A stretch of DNA of 50,863 nucleotides from Alphaproteobacteria bacterium. GTDB lineage: Bacteria; Pseudomonadota; Alphaproteobacteria; Bin95. The stretch lies in contig JAPOZD010000208.1 in NCBI GenBank assembly GCA_026706245.1, positions 1 through 50,863 of the forward strand. Reading direction: 5' to 3'. Of this stretch, positions 16,043-24,962 are shown piece after piece; within the stretch, counting starts at the first letter, position 1, and each line of letters begins with the position of its first letter. The translations under genes and the position numbers were made by a program. The notes under the pieces were generated by a model. That model had not been told where the DNA came from. It made no database searches and saw nothing but the letters and a program-made list of their open reading frames with translations.

Positions 16043-17488
16043 CTACTGCGCCCCCGCCGCGTGGCGGCCGGCGCGGCGGCCGAACACGGCGCCGCGCATG
16101 ACGGAGGTGGCGCCCGTATAGTCGCCGTAGAAGAGGCCGGCGGTCTCGCCCGCGGCGTAAAGGCCCTGGATCGGGTCGCCGTCGAGGTCGATCACGCGCC
16201 CGTTCGCGTCGATGCGCAGCCCGCCGAAGGTGAAGCAGTTGGCGCAGATCACCGGCCAGGCCCGGAAGGGCGGCCGGAGGAGCGGCCGCGCCCAATTGCT
16301 CTTTGGCGGCCGGAGGCCCCGCGTCGAGAGGCCGTCCAGCCCGTCCGGCCGGAACGCGGAGGTGTCCTCCGGGCAGGCGTCGTTGTAGGCGGCGAGCGTG
16401 GCCGCGAGCGCCGCCGGGTCGAGGCCGGCCGCCCCGGCCAGCCCCTCGACCGTCGGCGCTTCCAGCGGCTCGCGGTCGCTGCGCACCGTCACCCGCCAGT
16501 GCGGCGCATCGTCCAGCCCCGCGTCGAACACGGCCCAGGCAAGCCCCTCCGGCTGCTCCAGCACGGCGCGCGCCACCCGCTCATAGCCGGCATCGACCGG
16601 CCGGGCCGCCTCGTCCGTGAAGCGTGCGCCCTCGCGGTTGACCAGCACGCCATAGCCGTAATGCAGCACCACCGGCTCGATCGCGCCCGAGCGCGGATCG
16701 ACCGGCTGCGCGTGGAAGGCGCCGAACTCGCCGGCCGGCGCGGCGCCCGCCGCAAGCCCCATCGCCACGCCCTCGCCGCGATTGTAGTAGCCGCCGCGCG
16801 CGACCGGCCGCGTCCACTGCGCCTTCGGGCCGATATAGCGCGCGAGCATTTCGGGATTGCCCTCGAAGCCGCCCGACGCCAGCACCACCCGGCCCACGAA
16901 ATGGCAGAGCCGCCCGCGCTGCACGGCCTCGACGCCGACGATCTCGCCCTCGTCGCTGCGCACGAGGCCCCGCGCGGCGGTCTCGTAATAGATCGAGGCG
17001 GAGAGCCGCTCCGCTTCCGCCGCCAGCGCCTCCACCAGCGCCAGCCCGCCGCCGACCGGCGCGATGCGCGTGGTGGACTGGTAGGGGAAATATGTGGGCA
17101 GGAAGTCCCAGCGGACGCCGAACCCTTCCAGCCAGCGGAGCGCCAGACCGGCATCGTCCGCCCAGACGCGGATCAGCTCCGGGTCGGTGAAGCCGAAGGC
17201 GCGCAGCGGCCGCGGCCAGTCCTCATAGGGCCGTCCCGCGTCCTTCACGAACTCCGGATCGAAATGGCCGCCGGCATTGCCCGCCAGCCGCTCGTCGAAA
17301 TCGTGCGCGACCGTGTCATGGTCCCGCATCCGCCAGAAGCTCTCCGTGTAGCGCGTGTTGCCGCCGCGCTCCTCCTTGGCCGCGCGCTCCAGCACCGCCA
17401 CGGATGCGCCCGCCTCCAGCGCCGAAACGGCCGCCGACAAACCGGCAATGCCCGCCCCCACGACCACAACATCGAAAGATCCGTTCAT
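16043..17488 (-). CDS. FAD-dependent oxidoreductase (FrdA/TcuA-like flavoprotein)
   Basis: Internal start MNGSFDVVVVGAGIAGLSAA (ATG 17488-17486) of the 719-aa ORF. It has the GxGxxG dinucleotide fold and the C-terminal GLYAAGETAG motif. The upstream extension is Arg/Pro-rich and overlaps ubiA on the other strand. Confidence 0.85.
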   Translation of the reverse strand: MNGSFDVVVVGAGIAGLSAAVSALEAGASVAVLERAAKEERGGNTRYTESFWRMRDHDTVAHDFDERLAGNAGGHFDPEFVKDAGRPYEDWPRPLRAFGFTDPELIRVWADDAGLALRWLEGFGVRWDFLPTYFPYQSTTRIAPVGGGLALVEALAAEAERLSASIYYETAARGLVRSDEGEIVGVEAVQRGRLCHFVGRVVLASGGFEGNPEMLARYIGPKAQWTRPVARGGYYNRGEGVAMGLAAGAAPAGEFGAFHAQPVDPRSGAIEPVVLHYGYGVLVNREGARFTDEAARPVDAGYERVARAVLEQPEGLAWAVFDAGLDDAPHWRVTVRSDREPLEAPTVEGLAGAAGLDPAALAATLAAYNDACPEDTSAFRPDGLDGLSTRGLRPPKSNWARPLLRPPFRAWPVICANCFTFGGLRIDANGRVIDLDGDPIQGLYAAGETAGLFYGDYTGATSVMRGAVFGRRAGRHAAGAQ

Positions 17489-17533
17489 GGGCCGCGACCA
17501 TAGCCCGGACGGAGCCCGGCCGCACACCCGCTC

Positions 17534-18505
17534 TTGCCTCGCCTGCGGGCGGCGGCGAGAGTGCGGGCCATGACGGTGCGCGATCCCCTTGCCGCAACCG
17601 ATATCCGCATCCGGGGCGCCTGGGAGCGGGCGATCCCGCTCCGGCTCGTGCCCTATTCGCGGCTCGCGCGCTGGGACCGGCCGATCGGCGCCTGGCTGCT
17701 GCTGCTGCCCTGCTGGTGGGGGACGGCGCTGGCAGCGGCGGGCGCGCCCGGCTTCTCCGCGCTCGAAACGCTCACGCTGGTCGCGCTGTTCGCCGTCGGC
17801 GCCTTTGCGATGCGGGGCGCGGGCTGCACCTGGAACGACATCGTGGACCGGGACTTCGACGCCCGCGTCTCGCGCACCGCGATCCGTCCCCTGCCGGCCG
17901 GCCACACCACCGTCTTCCGCGCGTGGGCGTTCATTGTGCTGCAGTGTGCGGCGGGGCTCGCCGTGCTGCTGGCGCTGGAGCCGGGCGCGATCCTGGTGGG
18001 GCTCGGCTCGATCCCGCTGGTGCTGGCCTATCCCTTCATGAAGCGGGTAAGCCATTGGCCGCAGGCCTGGCTCGGCCTCACCTTCAACTGGGGCGCGCTG
18101 GTCGGCTGGGCCGCGGTCCAGGGCGAGGTCTCGGGGCCGGCCTACGCGCTCTACGCCGCCGGCATCGCCTGGACGCTCGGCTACGACACCGTCTATGCCC
18201 ACCAGGACAAGGAGGACGATGCGCTGGTGGGCGTCAAATCGACGGCGCTGCTGTTCGGCGCGCGCACCCGGCCCTGGGTCGCGGGCTTCTACGCCGCCGC
18301 GCTCGCCCTGCTGGCGCTGGCCGGCTGGCTGGCTGGCCTTGCCTGGCCCTTCTACGCCGGCCTAGCCGCTGTCGCAGCACAGTTCGCCTGGCAGGTCCAC
18401 AACCTCGACATCGACGACCCGGACCGCTGCCTCGCCATCTTCAAGTCCAACCGCCTCGTCGGCCTGCTCGTCCTAGCCGCCATCGCGCTTGGCATGGCCG
18501 CCTAG
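17534..18505 (+). CDS. ubiA: 4-hydroxybenzoate polyprenyltransferase
   Basis: UbiA motifs GCTWNDIVDRDFDARVSRTAIRPLPAG and YDTVYAHQDKEDD, with multiple TM segments. The start could instead be ATG 17570 (MTVRDPL...). Confidence 0.85.
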   Translation: MPRLRAAARVRAMTVRDPLAATDIRIRGAWERAIPLRLVPYSRLARWDRPIGAWLLLLPCWWGTALAAAGAPGFSALETLTLVALFAVGAFAMRGAGCTWNDIVDRDFDARVSRTAIRPLPAGHTTVFRAWAFIVLQCAAGLAVLLALEPGAILVGLGSIPLVLAYPFMKRVSHWPQAWLGLTFNWGALVGWAAVQGEVSGPAYALYAAGIAWTLGYDTVYAHQDKEDDALVGVKSTALLFGARTRPWVAGFYAAALALLALAGWLAGLAWPFYAGLAAVAAQFAWQVHNLDIDDPDRCLAIFKSNRLVGLLVLAAIALGMAA

Positions 18506-19243
18506 CCCGAGCGCCACCTCCAACGCATCCCCTATGCGCCGGGCCCAGAGGGCGGCGCCGGCTTCGTCGCGGATGAGGTCGTTGCGGATCTCGAGGCCGA
18601 GATGCGGGATGCCGCGCGGCTCGGCATGGCGGCGGGTGGTGTAGCCGCGCCGCGACCGGCCGGAATAGGGAAGGTTGTCGCCAACGAGGATGCCCGGTTC
18701 CGCCAGCGCCGCCATGAACGGCCGGGCGAGCGCTTCGCTCTCGTTCCAGAAGGTGCCGACATGCCAGGGGCGCGGGTCGCCGCCGGCCAGGCGCGGCGTG
18801 AAGCTGTGGACCGAGACGAAGGCCCGGAGCGCGCCGCAGCCGTCCAGCATGTCCTCGATCGCGGCATGGTAGGGCTCGAACAGCACGTCCCGCCGCCAGG
18901 CGCGCGCGGCAGCGTCGAGGCCCCGGTTGCCGGGCACGGGCACGCCGTCGCTCTCCTCCAGGATCGAGGTTGGATCCCCGGGGTCGCGGTTGCAGTCTAT
19001 GGCGAGGCGCGAATAGCCGGAGAAGGCCGCCGGGGCCTCGAAGCGCGCCGCCAGCAGCGCCGCGACGGCGGCCGCGCCCGGGTCCCAGCCGATATGGTCG
19101 CGACGCTCGGCTTCGGATATGCCGAGATCGCCGAGGCGGGCCGGCAGGGTGTGGCTTGCATGGTCGCAGACGAAGGCCAGGGGCGAGTCCGCCCGGCCGG
19201 GCCGCAATTCGAAAGGCGGCGGGTCTCCGGGGCCGAGCGTCAT
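18473..19243 (-). CDS. N-formylglutamate amidohydrolase family protein
   Basis: 256 aa. FVCDHASHTLP, RLAIDCNRDP, VSVHSFTP, and the HLGLEIRNDL pattern of the FGase family. Its 3' end overlaps the ubiA 3' end by 33 bp (convergent). Confidence 0.8.
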   Translation of the reverse strand: MTLGPGDPPPFELRPGRADSPLAFVCDHASHTLPARLGDLGISEAERRDHIGWDPGAAAVAALLAARFEAPAAFSGYSRLAIDCNRDPGDPTSILEESDGVPVPGNRGLDAAARAWRRDVLFEPYHAAIEDMLDGCGALRAFVSVHSFTPRLAGGDPRPWHVGTFWNESEALARPFMAALAEPGILVGDNLPYSGRSRRGYTTRRHAEPRGIPHLGLEIRNDLIRDEAGAALWARRIGDALEVALGLGGHAKRDGG

Positions 19244-19311
19244 GCGACGCGCCTGCCTTCCGGTCCGGGCTTCGTCGCGGCAGGATGCAGGCTCCCCGCC
19301 GGGAGACCGCC

Positions 19312-20229
19312 ATGACCGATGCCGACCTGCCGATCGTCGATGCCCACCACCATCTCTGGGACCTGGGCGCGCTTCGCTATCCCTGGCTCCACGACCCGGA
19401 GCTGCATGGCGGCTTCTTCCTCGGCGACTACGCGCCGCTCCGCCGGAACTACCTGCCGGCGGATTACCGCCGCGACGCCGCCGGCCACAATGTCGTCGCC
19501 ACCGTCCATGTCGAGGCGGAATGCGACCGGGGCCTCCAGGTCGAGGAGACCCTCTGGGTGGACCGCATCGCCGAAGAGCACGGCATGCCGGCCGCCATTG
19601 TCGGCCATGTCTGGTTCCACCGGGAGGACTGCGCGGAGGTGCTGGAGCGCCACATCGCGGCGTCCCGGCGCTTCCGGGGCGTGCGCTCCAAGCCCGTGAC
19701 TGCGGAGAGGCCGGGCCTTTCGGTGCAGGGCCGGCCCGGCACGATGCAGGACGAAGCCTGGCTCCGGGGCTTCGCGCTCATGGAGCGCTACGGCCTCTCC
19801 TGGGACCTGCGCGTGCCGGCCTGGCATCTGGAGGAGGCAGCGGAGGTGGCGCGCGCTTTCCCCGCCATTCCCGTCGTGCTGAACCACACGGGCTTTCCCT
19901 GGGACCGCTCGCCGGAAGGGCTCGATCTCTGGCGGCGCGGCATGGCGGCGCTCGCCGAATGCCCGAATGTCGCGGTCAAGCTTTCCTGCCTCTGCCTGCC
20001 CGACGGCCCCTGGCGCGAAGAGGAGAACGGCCGGCTGGTGCGCGAGACGATCCGGCTCTTCGGCGCGGAGCGCTGCATGTTCGCGAGCAACTTCCCCGTG
20101 GACGGGCTGAGGATCGGCTACGGCGACATGATGAACGCCTACAAGCGCATGGTCCGCGACCTGCCCGATGCGGACCGGCGCGCCCTCTTCCACGACACCG
20201 CCGCCCGCTTCTACCGCCTCGGTGCATGA
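19312..20229 (+). CDS. amidohydrolase-2 family protein (metal-dependent TIM-barrel hydrolase/lactonase-like)
   Basis: Internal ATG 19312 (MTDADLPIVDAHHHLWD...). VVLNHTGFPW, CMFASNFPVD. This is a paralogous pattern to 26345..27385. Confidence 0.8.
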   Translation: MTDADLPIVDAHHHLWDLGALRYPWLHDPELHGGFFLGDYAPLRRNYLPADYRRDAAGHNVVATVHVEAECDRGLQVEETLWVDRIAEEHGMPAAIVGHVWFHREDCAEVLERHIAASRRFRGVRSKPVTAERPGLSVQGRPGTMQDEAWLRGFALMERYGLSWDLRVPAWHLEEAAEVARAFPAIPVVLNHTGFPWDRSPEGLDLWRRGMAALAECPNVAVKLSCLCLPDGPWREEENGRLVRETIRLFGAERCMFASNFPVDGLRIGYGDMMNAYKRMVRDLPDADRRALFHDTAARFYRLGA

Positions 20230-20472
20230 CGGCCGGCGGGTTCGCGCATCGCTCTGGTGCTTTTCCATTGGCGGGACTGTATCCGGGGCCCGCCCGCAGG
20301 CCCCGCTGAGCCCCGACCGGCGCCCCGGCGGGCTACGATACGGCCGCGGATGTTACACCGAGTCGATTCCGGGCCGCCAGACCCGGAAAAGGAGTGCATG
20401 GGCGGCGCTGCGCGGTTGCGCCGCCCATGCAGCGGCGGGAAAGGCCGGAGGAGGACCTTCCTGCCGTTCGGC

Positions 20473-21480
20473 TCAGCCGTCGTAGTCCACCCGGTCCGCC
20501 ATCCGGCCGGCTTCCGCGCGCAATTCCGCCACGCGGGCGAGCGACAGCGTGTCGGCCTTGAAGGCGGCCAGCTTCTCGGGTCCGGCTATCTCGGGGCTGA
20601 CCGGATATTCGCCGTTCACGCGGGCATAGAGGCCCTGGCCTTCCCTGCTGGACAGGAACTCGAGCAGGGCGATGGCGTTGGCCCGGTTGGGCGCGCCCTT
20701 CACCAGCGCGGCGCCGGAAATGTTGACATGCGCGCCGCGCCCGTCCTGGTTCGGGAAGACGACCCGGACGGAGTCGGCCCAGGCTCTCTGCTTCGGGTCG
20801 TCCAGCATCTTCCGGTAGTAGTAGTGGTTGCCGATGGAGACGTCGCACTCGCCGGCATGGATGGCCTTGACCTGCGCGCGGTCATTGCCCTGCGGCCGGC
20901 GGGCGAGGTTCACCTTCAGGCCGGCCAGCCATGCCTCGGCCTTCTCCTTGCCGTGATGCGCGATCATCGAGGCGGTCAGAGCAACCATGTACACATGCTT
21001 GCCGCTGCGGGTGCAGATGCGCCCCTTCCATTCCGGGTCCGTGAGCTGCTCATAGGTCCCGATGCCGCCTCCCGGCACGCGGTCCTTCGACACGAAGAAG
21101 AGGCGCGCGCGGGTCGTCAGCCCGTACCAGTTACCGTCCGGGTCGCGCAGCGAAGCGGGAATGTTGGCGGCAAGCGCGTCGCTCTTGACCGGCTCGACCA
21201 CGCCGGCCTTCATGGCGTCGTGCAGCCGGCCGATATCCACGGTAAAGATCAGGTCCGCCGGGCTGGCGGCGCCTTCGCTCTTCAGCCGTTCGACCAGGCC
21301 CTTCTTGGCGAAGACGACATTGACCGCGATGCCGGTCTTGTCGGTGAACGCCTTGAACAACGGTTCGACCAGGAAGGGCTGGCGGTAGGAATAGACATTG
21401 ACCTCCGCTGCCTGCGCCGAGGCGGCTGCGAGGACGGCAAATCCGGTGGCCGCCGCGATTCCGAGGGTCCGGTTGCGCAT
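20473..21480 (-). CDS. Fe(3+) ABC transporter substrate-binding protein (FbpA/AfuA-like), no cognate permease or ATPase adjacent
   Basis: 335 aa. Signal peptide MRNRTLGIAAATGFAVLAAASAQA, then AEVNVYSYRQPFL... and ...GNHYYY, typical of ferric-binding SBPs. Confidence 0.8.
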   Translation of the reverse strand: MRNRTLGIAAATGFAVLAAASAQAAEVNVYSYRQPFLVEPLFKAFTDKTGIAVNVVFAKKGLVERLKSEGAASPADLIFTVDIGRLHDAMKAGVVEPVKSDALAANIPASLRDPDGNWYGLTTRARLFFVSKDRVPGGGIGTYEQLTDPEWKGRICTRSGKHVYMVALTASMIAHHGKEKAEAWLAGLKVNLARRPQGNDRAQVKAIHAGECDVSIGNHYYYRKMLDDPKQRAWADSVRVVFPNQDGRGAHVNISGAALVKGAPNRANAIALLEFLSSREGQGLYARVNGEYPVSPEIAGPEKLAAFKADTLSLARVAELRAEAGRMADRVDYDG

Positions 21481-21514
21481 GGGTTTTGCCTTTCTCTGTC
21501 ACGCGACTGATAGT

Positions 21515-21574
21515 CATTCGCAACTTATGCGCCTACAACAAACAGGTGCAAGATGCGAATGCGTCTCATTATCG
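21515..21574 (-). promoter_or_regulatory. candidate iron-responsive operator region upstream of the ferric SBP gene
   Basis: AT-rich 5' region. The minus strand reads gataatgagacgcattcgc (plus 21556-21574), matching the 19-bp Fur consensus GATAATGATAATCATTATC at 13/19 by hand count. There is also an 8-bp inverted repeat, cattcgca (21515-21522) / tgcgaatg (21554-21561). Confidence 0.3.
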
Positions 21575-21660
21575 CGACAAATTGGCGCGGATAATTTCGA
21601 GTGAACGGTCAGGCTGTCCGACTGTCCCGACGCAAGCCGGGTCCGGTCGGACGGAGCGCC

Positions 21661-22764
21661 TTATTCCGCCGCCGCGGCGGCGTCCGGCGTGAGGTGGCTT
21701 ACCCTCGGCAGCACCTCGTTCATCAGCAGGCCCATGGAGGTGCGCCAGGCTTCCGGCTTGTCGGCGTAGTCGAAGCAGAACAGCAGCAGCTGCCCGAAGC
21801 CGCCGACATCCTCATAGACCGCCTCCAGCTTCTCGGCGACGGTCGCCGGCGAACCGACCAGCCAGTTGTGCTTCGCGCAATATTCCGGCGTCACATCGCT
21901 GTCCGGCACGTTCTGGTCGTGCTTCAGGAATTCCAGGAAGCCGAAATTGGCGAGCAACGGCAGGAAGTAGTCCCCCATCATCCGGCCCATCATGTCGCCG
22001 ACCGAGAGCCGCCAGGCCTCCTCGTCCGTCTCGGCGACGAACACCTCGCGCACCATGCGCCACTCGCCGCGGTCGGCGGTGCGCCCGGCCCTCGCCGCGC
22101 CCTCCTCGACCGCATCCCAGTGGCTGCCGACATAGGCGGGGTTCAGGTTCAGGCTCATCGGCAGGAAGCCGCGCTCGCCGGCGAGCTTGAGCGTGTCGGA
22201 GTTCTTGGAGAGGCCTGCGACGCCGATGGGCGGATGCGGCTTCTGCAGGGGAAACAGGTGCGGGCGCAGGAAGCCGAACATCTCCGCGCCCTTGGTCACA
22301 TGCCAGAACCTGCCCTTGTAGTCGAACTCCGGCTCGTCCGACCAGAGCCGCAGGATAATGTCGAGCGCCTCGCGGGTCATGTCGCGGTTCTCGCCGGACA
22401 TGCCGTCCACGTTGAACATCTGCCAGTCGCTCGGCAGCCCGCTTGCAGCGACGCCGAAATTGAGCCGCCCCTGGCTCAGCCGGTCCATCATCGCAATCCG
22501 GTTGGCGAGCTCGGCCGGGTGGTGGTAGGGCAGCAGGAAGCCGCCGGGGCCGAGCCGGATGGTCTCCGTCTGCCGGAGGCCTTCTATCACCAGGAAATCG
22601 GGTGCGGGATGCGGCTCCCAGGGCGCGGTGTGGTGCTCGCCGATCCAGCCCTCGGTGAAGCCGAGTTCATCCGCCCAGCGAATATGCTGGAGGTCCCATT
22701 CGTGGCCCTCGCGCAGATCGCGCTCGGGCGGATGCGAAGGCATGCTGAAAAAGCCGATCTCCAT
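21661..22764 (-). CDS. LLM-class (luciferase-like) flavin-dependent monooxygenase
   Basis: Internal start MEIGFFSMPSHPP (ATG 22764-22762, GAGAGGA SD) of the 432-aa ORF. ...GWIGEHHT..., RLNFGVAASG, the luciferase-like TIM-barrel pattern. Confidence 0.8.
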   Translation of the reverse strand: MEIGFFSMPSHPPERDLREGHEWDLQHIRWADELGFTEGWIGEHHTAPWEPHPAPDFLVIEGLRQTETIRLGPGGFLLPYHHPAELANRIAMMDRLSQGRLNFGVAASGLPSDWQMFNVDGMSGENRDMTREALDIILRLWSDEPEFDYKGRFWHVTKGAEMFGFLRPHLFPLQKPHPPIGVAGLSKNSDTLKLAGERGFLPMSLNLNPAYVGSHWDAVEEGAARAGRTADRGEWRMVREVFVAETDEEAWRLSVGDMMGRMMGDYFLPLLANFGFLEFLKHDQNVPDSDVTPEYCAKHNWLVGSPATVAEKLEAVYEDVGGFGQLLLFCFDYADKPEAWRTSMGLLMNEVLPRVSHLTPDAAAAAE

Positions 22765-22840
22765 CGGGGCGTATCCTCTCGTCACCGCTCTGCCGGCGCC
22801 CGGCAGATGAACGAAACTTTCGAGTGCCGGGCGCGCGGAG

Positions 22841-24019
22841 TCAATCGGCCTCCGGCGCCCGCACCAGCCAGCGATGGGCGGAGAAGGACACCAGCCCGCA
22901 GACCGCCACCGTGAGCGCAAGCGGCAGCGCCGTGCCGTCATGGAACTGGCCGACCGCAAGGCCCGAAAGCGTGCCGAGGGCGAAATGCCCCGCGCCGATG
23001 AGCGCGATTACAGTGCCGGCGAGCTCCGCCTTGTCGGCCGTCGCGATCACGATGGTGTTGGCGGCGATCAGGTTGAGCGCAAACATGAAGCAGAGGAGCG
23101 CAGCGACAATGGCGGCAAGGCTCCCGGGAAGCAGCAGGACGACGAGGACCAGCGCAAGGCCGGCCGCCAGCAGCAGGCGCGTGCCGGCCGCCATCATGCC
23201 GGCGGGCCCGACGCGGCCGACCAGCCGGCGGTTCGTCCAGGCGCCGCCCATGATTGCCAGGATATGGACCGCGAACAGCAGCCCGTAGGTTTGCGGGGAG
23301 ACGCCGAAAACCTCCATGAACACGAAGGGCGTGCCGGAGATATAGGCGAACATGCCGGCGAAGGCGCCGCCGCTGGCGAGCGCGCAGCCGAGCGTCCGCC
23401 GCTCCGAGACGAGCCGGGCGTAATTTACGAAGATCGAGCCGAGACCCGCGCGGATGCGCGCCTCGGGAGGCCGCGTCTCCGGGAGCAGGAAGAGGACCGC
23501 CAGCAGCGCCAGCGCGCCCCAGCCGGCCAGGATCAGGAAGATCGCGCGCCAGTCGGCGAACAGCAGCACCTGCGCGCCGAGCGAGGGCGCCAGCAGGGGC
23601 GCGGCCGCCATGATGAGCATGAGCGTGGAGAGCATGCGCGCGGCTTCCGCGCCCGAATGGCGGTCGCGCACGCAGGCCCGCGCGATCACCGTCGCCGCCC
23701 CGCCGCCGAGCGCCTGAAGGAACCGCGCCAGGGCGAGCGCGGCGATGTCCGGCGCGAGGGCCGCGCCCGCGCTCGCCGCCAGATAGACCGAGACGCCAAC
23801 GAGCAGCATCGGCCGCCGCCCGTAACGGTCCGAAAGCGGACCGTAGAGAAGCTGCCCGATGCCGAAGCCGACGAAGAAAGCGGAGAGTGTGAGCTGCACG
23901 TCGCCGGCGGACGCGCCCAGTTCCCGCCCGATGGCCGGCAGGCTCGGCAGATACATGTCGATGGAAAGCGGCCCGAACGCCGCCAGCATGGCAAGCACGG
24001 GCAGGAAGAAAGCGGCCAA
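22841..24019 (-). CDS. MFS transporter, Bcr/CflA drug-resistance subfamily
   Basis: 392 aa. GPLSIDMYLPSLPAI, GPLSDRYGRRP, and 12-TM-like hydrophobic periodicity. Confidence 0.85.
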   Translation of the reverse strand: MAAFFLPVLAMLAAFGPLSIDMYLPSLPAIGRELGASAGDVQLTLSAFFVGFGIGQLLYGPLSDRYGRRPMLLVGVSVYLAASAGAALAPDIAALALARFLQALGGGAATVIARACVRDRHSGAEAARMLSTLMLIMAAAPLLAPSLGAQVLLFADWRAIFLILAGWGALALLAVLFLLPETRPPEARIRAGLGSIFVNYARLVSERRTLGCALASGGAFAGMFAYISGTPFVFMEVFGVSPQTYGLLFAVHILAIMGGAWTNRRLVGRVGPAGMMAAGTRLLLAAGLALVLVVLLLPGSLAAIVAALLCFMFALNLIAANTIVIATADKAELAGTVIALIGAGHFALGTLSGLAVGQFHDGTALPLALTVAVCGLVSFSAHRWLVRAPEAD

Positions 24020-24108
24020 GGCTGTCCGGAAGAGCTGCGGGAGACGGGGAAATTAGGCGGCGCTCGTGCGGCGGCAAGCAGGGTTCGGCGGAATCCTGCG
24101 CGTCCCGC

Positions 24109-24387
24109 CTACGCTGCAACCAGGGTTTCGATAGTGTCCACGTCGAGCAAGCTTCGGGCGCGGTCGAGGTCGTATATGCCTTGCAGGTTAAGCCAGAAGT
24201 CGGGCGTCGTTCCGAGAGCCTTGCCCACGCGCAAGGCCGTGTCCGCCGTTACCGACCTGCGGGCATGCACAATCTCGTTGATGCGCCGTGGCGGGACGCC
24301 GATGGCCTTTGCGAGGCGATACTGGCTGATTCCGAGTTCGTTCAGAATCTCCGCCAGATGCTCTCCCGGATGAAGTGCGTCGGCCAT
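24109..24387 (-). CDS. higA: HigA-family antitoxin (XRE HTH)
   Basis: 92 aa from MADALHPGEHLAEILNELGISQYRLAKAIGVPPRRINEIVHARRSVTADTALRVGKALGTTPDFWLNLQ. An alternative start lies 4 codons upstream (24399). Confidence 0.85.
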   Translation of the reverse strand: MADALHPGEHLAEILNELGISQYRLAKAIGVPPRRINEIVHARRSVTADTALRVGKALGTTPDFWLNLQGIYDLDRARSLLDVDTIETLVAA

Positions 24388-24457
24388 GGGTAACTCCATT
24401 GATGATTGACGGAAATGAGGGCCGGACGAAGGTGTGGAACTCCGGTCGAGCGCCGCT

Positions 24458-24738
24458 TCAGTGATAGTCAACAAATTCGATCTCAACGGCTCCCTGTCCT
24501 GTCCAGCGAAAGCAAACCCGCCATTGGTCGTTGATGCGTATGCTGTGCTGTCCCCTGCGGTTTCCGCTCAGTGCCTCGAGGCGGTGAGATGGCGGAAATC
24601 GAGAAGGTCCGACAACGCCCGCGCCGCCACGACTCGCTGCAGGCGCATGCGGGCGCGGCACAGAATCATCGGAGGTAGGTTTCGCACAATCTCGCCGGCA
24701 AAGACCTTCTCTGTGCTCCTGTTCTTGAATTGCGCCAT
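24458..24738 (-). pseudogene. higB: higB (RelE-like killer) toxin gene disrupted by a frameshift
   Basis: The N-terminal part MAQFKNRSTEKVFAGEI...ARALSDL is in one frame (stop at 24570-24568). The C-terminal part RFPPSHRLEALSGNRRGQHSIRINDQWRVCFRWTGQGAVEIEFVDYH* is in another frame (stop 24460-24458). The junction is at about 24598-24606 (ccttctcgattt). Confidence 0.7.
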
Positions 24739-24745
24739 CCCGCGA

Positions 24746-24768
24746 ATAATAACGTTGCGCGTTATTAT
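24746..24768 (-). promoter_or_regulatory. perfect 9-bp inverted repeat (ataataacg-ttgcg-cgttattat); candidate HigA operator overlapping a -10 box
   Basis: Arms at 24746-24754 and 24760-24768. The minus-strand TATTAT (plus 24746-24751) ends 7 nt before the higB ATG (24738), and no SD is visible. Confidence 0.55.
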
Positions 24769-24780
24769 ATGCAAGTGACA

Positions 24781-24865
24781 ATGGCCGCCGAACGGCCGGC
24801 AGGTCCGGCAGATACGCGTCAATGGAACGCGGCCCGAATGCTGCCAGCACGGCAAGCGCAGGCGG
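24781..24865 (-). pseudogene. orphan 5'-end fragment of a Bcr/CflA MFS transporter gene (a diverged duplicate of the start of 22841..24019)
   Basis: It encodes ...LAVLAAFGPRSIDAYLPDLPAV, against ...LAMLAAFGPLSIDMYLPSLPAI in the intact gene. 24791-24865 vs 23921-23995 match at 61/75 positions by hand count, colinear with an 870-bp offset. Confidence 0.7.
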
Positions 24866-24962
24866 GTGCAGGGACACCGATCCCGGACCAGCCTCGCCCC
24901 GGACACTGCCGGTCGTCAACTACCGATCAGCCGCCCTGGGACTGACGCGGACGGCGCTGCGC

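Noticed and set aside
18473-18505. A 33-bp convergent overlap of the ubiA and N-formylglutamate amidohydrolase 3' ends.
   Set aside because: - It is real in the ORF coordinates, but tail-to-tail overlaps are common in compact GC-rich genomes.
- Nothing else is unusual at this site.
20401-20425. The hairpin ggcggcgc-N9-gcgccgcc downstream of the ferric SBP gene, considered as an intrinsic terminator.
   Set aside because: - There is no adequate U-tract directly after the stem on either strand.
- It was left unannotated.
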